A DNA stretch of 39,757 bases from a virus (taxonomy: Duplodnaviria > Caudoviricetes): IMG/VR virus record IMGVR_UViG_3300009161_003303, positions 1 to 39,757 of that record. The stretch is one strand, 5' to 3'. Every line of letters begins with the position of its first letter. Position 1 is the stretch's first letter. The notes below the pieces were generated by a model that was not told where the DNA came from, searched no databases, and saw only the letters and a program-made list of their open reading frames with translations. The translations under genes and the position numbers were made by a program. This document shows, piece by piece, positions 37,577 to 39,757 of this stretch.

Positions 37577-37617
37577 AAGGTAGTTCTTCTTTATTATAAA
37601 TAGTTCGGAACTACCTT
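37577..37617 (-). promoter_or_regulatory. Perfect 10-bp inverted repeat with the class-2 promoter TATTTATA (37595-37602) in its loop, abutting the endonuclease ATG
   Basis: AAGGTAGTTC (37577-37586) pairs with GAACTACCTT (37608-37617). Confidence 0.75.
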
Positions 37618-37639
37618 TCTATTAGGCACTACTGTATTT

Positions 37640-38452
37640 TTATTTATTTAAAACTTCTTCAGCATGTCTCTTTGCAACTTCCCAGGTGACTGGTCCTGTT
37701 TCATCTTCATACTGTACCGGGTCGGGGCGTCCTAGTTTTATAAAAGCCTCTAGTCTCTCTATAGATGAAGCGGATTTATAGTCTGAATTTCCTGATGGGT
37801 ATGGTTTATAGGATGTGTTTGTTTTCTTATAGACTTCATCAAAGTCAATATGTAAAATATCGCAACATTTTACCCCATCTTCTAATATACCAAATTTATC
37901 TGTATGTAGATACGGAGTGTGGTAATTCACTTTTTCTGAATCCCAATTCCCAAGCTTAAATGCAAGTTCATCTGCATCTCTAAACTCCTGTCTGCAGTCT
38001 GGATATACTCCGAAGTCCCCAGCATGAATACCTAGTGCAATAATTGCTTTTGTATTATTCTTAACAGCTACCGATAATGCAACTGCCTGAATGATTGAAC
38101 TAAAGATTTTATTCCTATTAGGTACAACAGTTGCTTTTTGATTCTCTTCAGCGTAATGTCCTTCCGGAACATCCTCACCGCCTGTAACTAGAGCCGAATT
38201 AAGTAATTGACTTAAGCCATCAAGTTTAATTACCTGGTATTTAATTACCGGGTAACCTAAAGCAGGTAACTGTTTATTTAAATATCGAACTAAAGATTCT
38301 GCTCTTTCAAGTTCTACTGAATGTTTTTGACCGTAGTCAAAAGATAATGCTGTAACTTCGTAGCCATCTGCTAGTAAACGCAGCAGGAGTGTTGATGAAT
38401 CCATACCTCCGCTGAGACTGAGGACTCCTTGTTTATTTTTATTTTCGTACAT
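37640..38452 (-). CDS. queC: 7-cyano-7-deazaguanine synthase
   Basis: SGGMDS, FDYGQKH, VPNRN and YPDCR motifs. Confidence 0.93.
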   Translation of the reverse strand: MYENKNKQGVLSLSGGMDSSTLLLRLLADGYEVTALSFDYGQKHSVELERAESLVRYLNKQLPALGYPVIKYQVIKLDGLSQLLNSALVTGGEDVPEGHYAEENQKATVVPNRNKIFSSIIQAVALSVAVKNNTKAIIALGIHAGDFGVYPDCRQEFRDADELAFKLGNWDSEKVNYHTPYLHTDKFGILEDGVKCCDILHIDFDEVYKKTNTSYKPYPSGNSDYKSASSIERLEAFIKLGRPDPVQYEDETGPVTWEVAKRHAEEVLNK

Positions 38453-38458
38453 ACTTAA

Positions 38459-39043
38459 TTATAATAAATTTTTTCGTTGTTTCCAAAACTGTTTTAAACT
38501 TTCTGACATTTTCTGCCGATAAATTTCATCTCGAACACAAGGTGTTCTTGCTCCATTTTTGTAAGCTTTTTTATTCTGCTCTGACATTTTTATTTTTGAT
38601 TCTACAGAGTGTTTTAGTCCTTTATGGCTATGTTCCATTTTCTTTTTTGACTCTTCAGAATGTTTTTTTCCTGTTCTATATTCTGATATTTTTTGCTTTG
38701 TTGATTCTAACCTGGATGTTCCTGTCATTTTTTCTCTGTGAGCTTTAGATGCAGCAACTTTTAATTCTTCATAAATTCGTGAAGTTATTTTAACTCCCAA
38801 CTTACTCTTACTTGACATTGCAACAAAAGCGAAAGCCCTAGATTTCAAAGAAGGATTGTCCCTATACAGAAGCCAGTGAGCTATAAAATGCTCTCTTGCT
38901 GTTAACTTTACTAAGTTACTTTTCTCATTTGTTCCTCCTTCTGATCGGGGAACAATGTGGTGAACTTCTGTATAGGTTTCTAATCCTAATTCACGGTTTT
39001 GCCCTTTCGTAACAAGTGCATCATAGTGTTTTTTATAGTCCAT
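38459..39043 (-). CDS. HNH homing endonuclease with NUMOD3-like repeats
   Basis: EVHHIVPRSEGG.N...NLV.LTAREHFIAH.LL; GKKHSEESKKKM repeats. Confidence 0.9.
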   Translation of the reverse strand: MDYKKHYDALVTKGQNRELGLETYTEVHHIVPRSEGGTNEKSNLVKLTAREHFIAHWLLYRDNPSLKSRAFAFVAMSSKSKLGVKITSRIYEELKVAASKAHREKMTGTSRLESTKQKISEYRTGKKHSEESKKKMEHSHKGLKHSVESKIKMSEQNKKAYKNGARTPCVRDEIYRQKMSESLKQFWKQRKNLL

Positions 39044-39061
39044 AATACACTTGTTTTCTCA

Positions 39062-39403
39062 TTAGAATCCTACTGAATAGATTGTTTTAATAGATAAATC
39101 AGACATTTCATACTCAGCTAAATCTTTATCTCTAGCTACTTGAAAATCTACTGATTGTCCATTTTTAGTTTCAACCCACATTTCTTTTAGAAATTCGGTC
39201 TTAACGATTTTTTGGTCTTCGTCTCTTGTTACTTTGAAAACTGCTACTTTGTTTTGCATAATTTGATTTTGTGGTGTTAAATTAAATGATTGTGAAATTG
39301 TCCCAGCTAAAAGCGAGGGATTAGGAGCATAATATGTTGCTGTTCCTGATGTTGTTGTTAGTACTGCGTTACTTGTACCCGGGATTAAATTACGTGTTTC
39401 CAT
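39062..39403 (-). CDS. Hypothetical protein
   Basis: 113 aa ORF in operon. Confidence 0.65.
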   Translation of the reverse strand: METRNLIPGTSNAVLTTTSGTATYYAPNPSLLAGTISQSFNLTPQNQIMQNKVAVFKVTRDEDQKIVKTEFLKEMWVETKNGQSVDFQVARDKDLAEYEMSDLSIKTIYSVGF

Positions 39404-39404
39404 A

Positions 39405-39677
39405 TTAATATTTGTTTGATAAATTAATTATAAATTGTTCTTCTTCTAATGTAAGATAAATTCTTTTAGTATGTAACTTATCTAACGCATTCTTGTAGGT
39501 TATATCCTGGAGGTTTTGTTCTCCTACTTCCGGTGAATAACCGGGTACAAAACCATCTTCTGCTAGATACTTTACTAGTTGTTTTTTTTCTCCTGTAGAA
39601 CATTCACCATAAAAATCATCAACGTCAACATCAACGTCAACATCAACCGCTACTCCCCATTGTGATATTCTTGCCAT
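39405..39677 (-). CDS. Hypothetical protein
   Basis: 90 aa ORF with a (VD)5 repeat near the N-terminus. Confidence 0.65.
   Translation of the reverse strand: MARISQWGVAVDVDVDVDVDDFYGECSTGEKKQLVKYLAEDGFVPGYSPEVGEQNLQDITYKNALDKLHTKRIYLTLEEEQFIINLSNKY
39617..39647. repeat. Short in-frame tandem repeat, about 2.5 copies of CATCAACGTCAA
   Basis: Read directly; encodes VDVDVDVDVD. Confidence 0.7.
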
Positions 39678-39757
39678 ATTAGTTTTCCTGTCTTTCGATC
39701 ATTGTTAAAAGCACTATCACTAAAGTAATGTGCGTGGTTAAAGTAGTACTCTGTCCG

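Noticed and set aside
39617-39647. (VD)n tandem repeat as a contingency locus
   Set aside because: The unit is a multiple of three and only about 2.5 copies long; length change would not switch expression.
39679-39757. 3' end of a gene entering from the right edge
   Set aside because: Two minus-strand frames are open here, so the real one cannot be chosen.

Overview
Gene-dense, AT-rich segment of a large dsDNA phage genome with essentially every gene on the minus strand. Host is most likely Bacteroidota: it has Bacteroidota-type promoters, no obvious Shine-Dalgarno motifs, and DUF4494/DUF4254/DUF5522-like genes. It contains (i) a 7-deazaguanine pathway in two blocks: queC, queD and queE at right; folE, a TGT/DpdA-like base-exchange enzyme, a PurN-like formyltransferase, a P-loop kinase and the start of a possible queF at left. 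The formyltransferase is split by one extra base in a T10 run. (ii) A ~16 kb glycan island with about 9 glycosyltransferase-like genes plus Gmd, a ColD/RfbH-like dehydratase, a C-methyltransferase, RmlB, a ThDP enzyme and an SDR. (iii) Replication, nucleotide and proteostasis genes: family A DNA polymerase, dUTPase-like enzyme, Hpt, Cas4-like nuclease, GroES/GroEL, IscA and thioredoxin. (iv) Four free-standing homing endonucleases. Two promoter classes can be read directly: TTGC-N17-CGTAT(C/A)TT and TATTTATA. No tRNA, rRNA, CRISPR array or clear capsid/tail genes were seen. All family calls come from motif recognition by eye, not from database searches.
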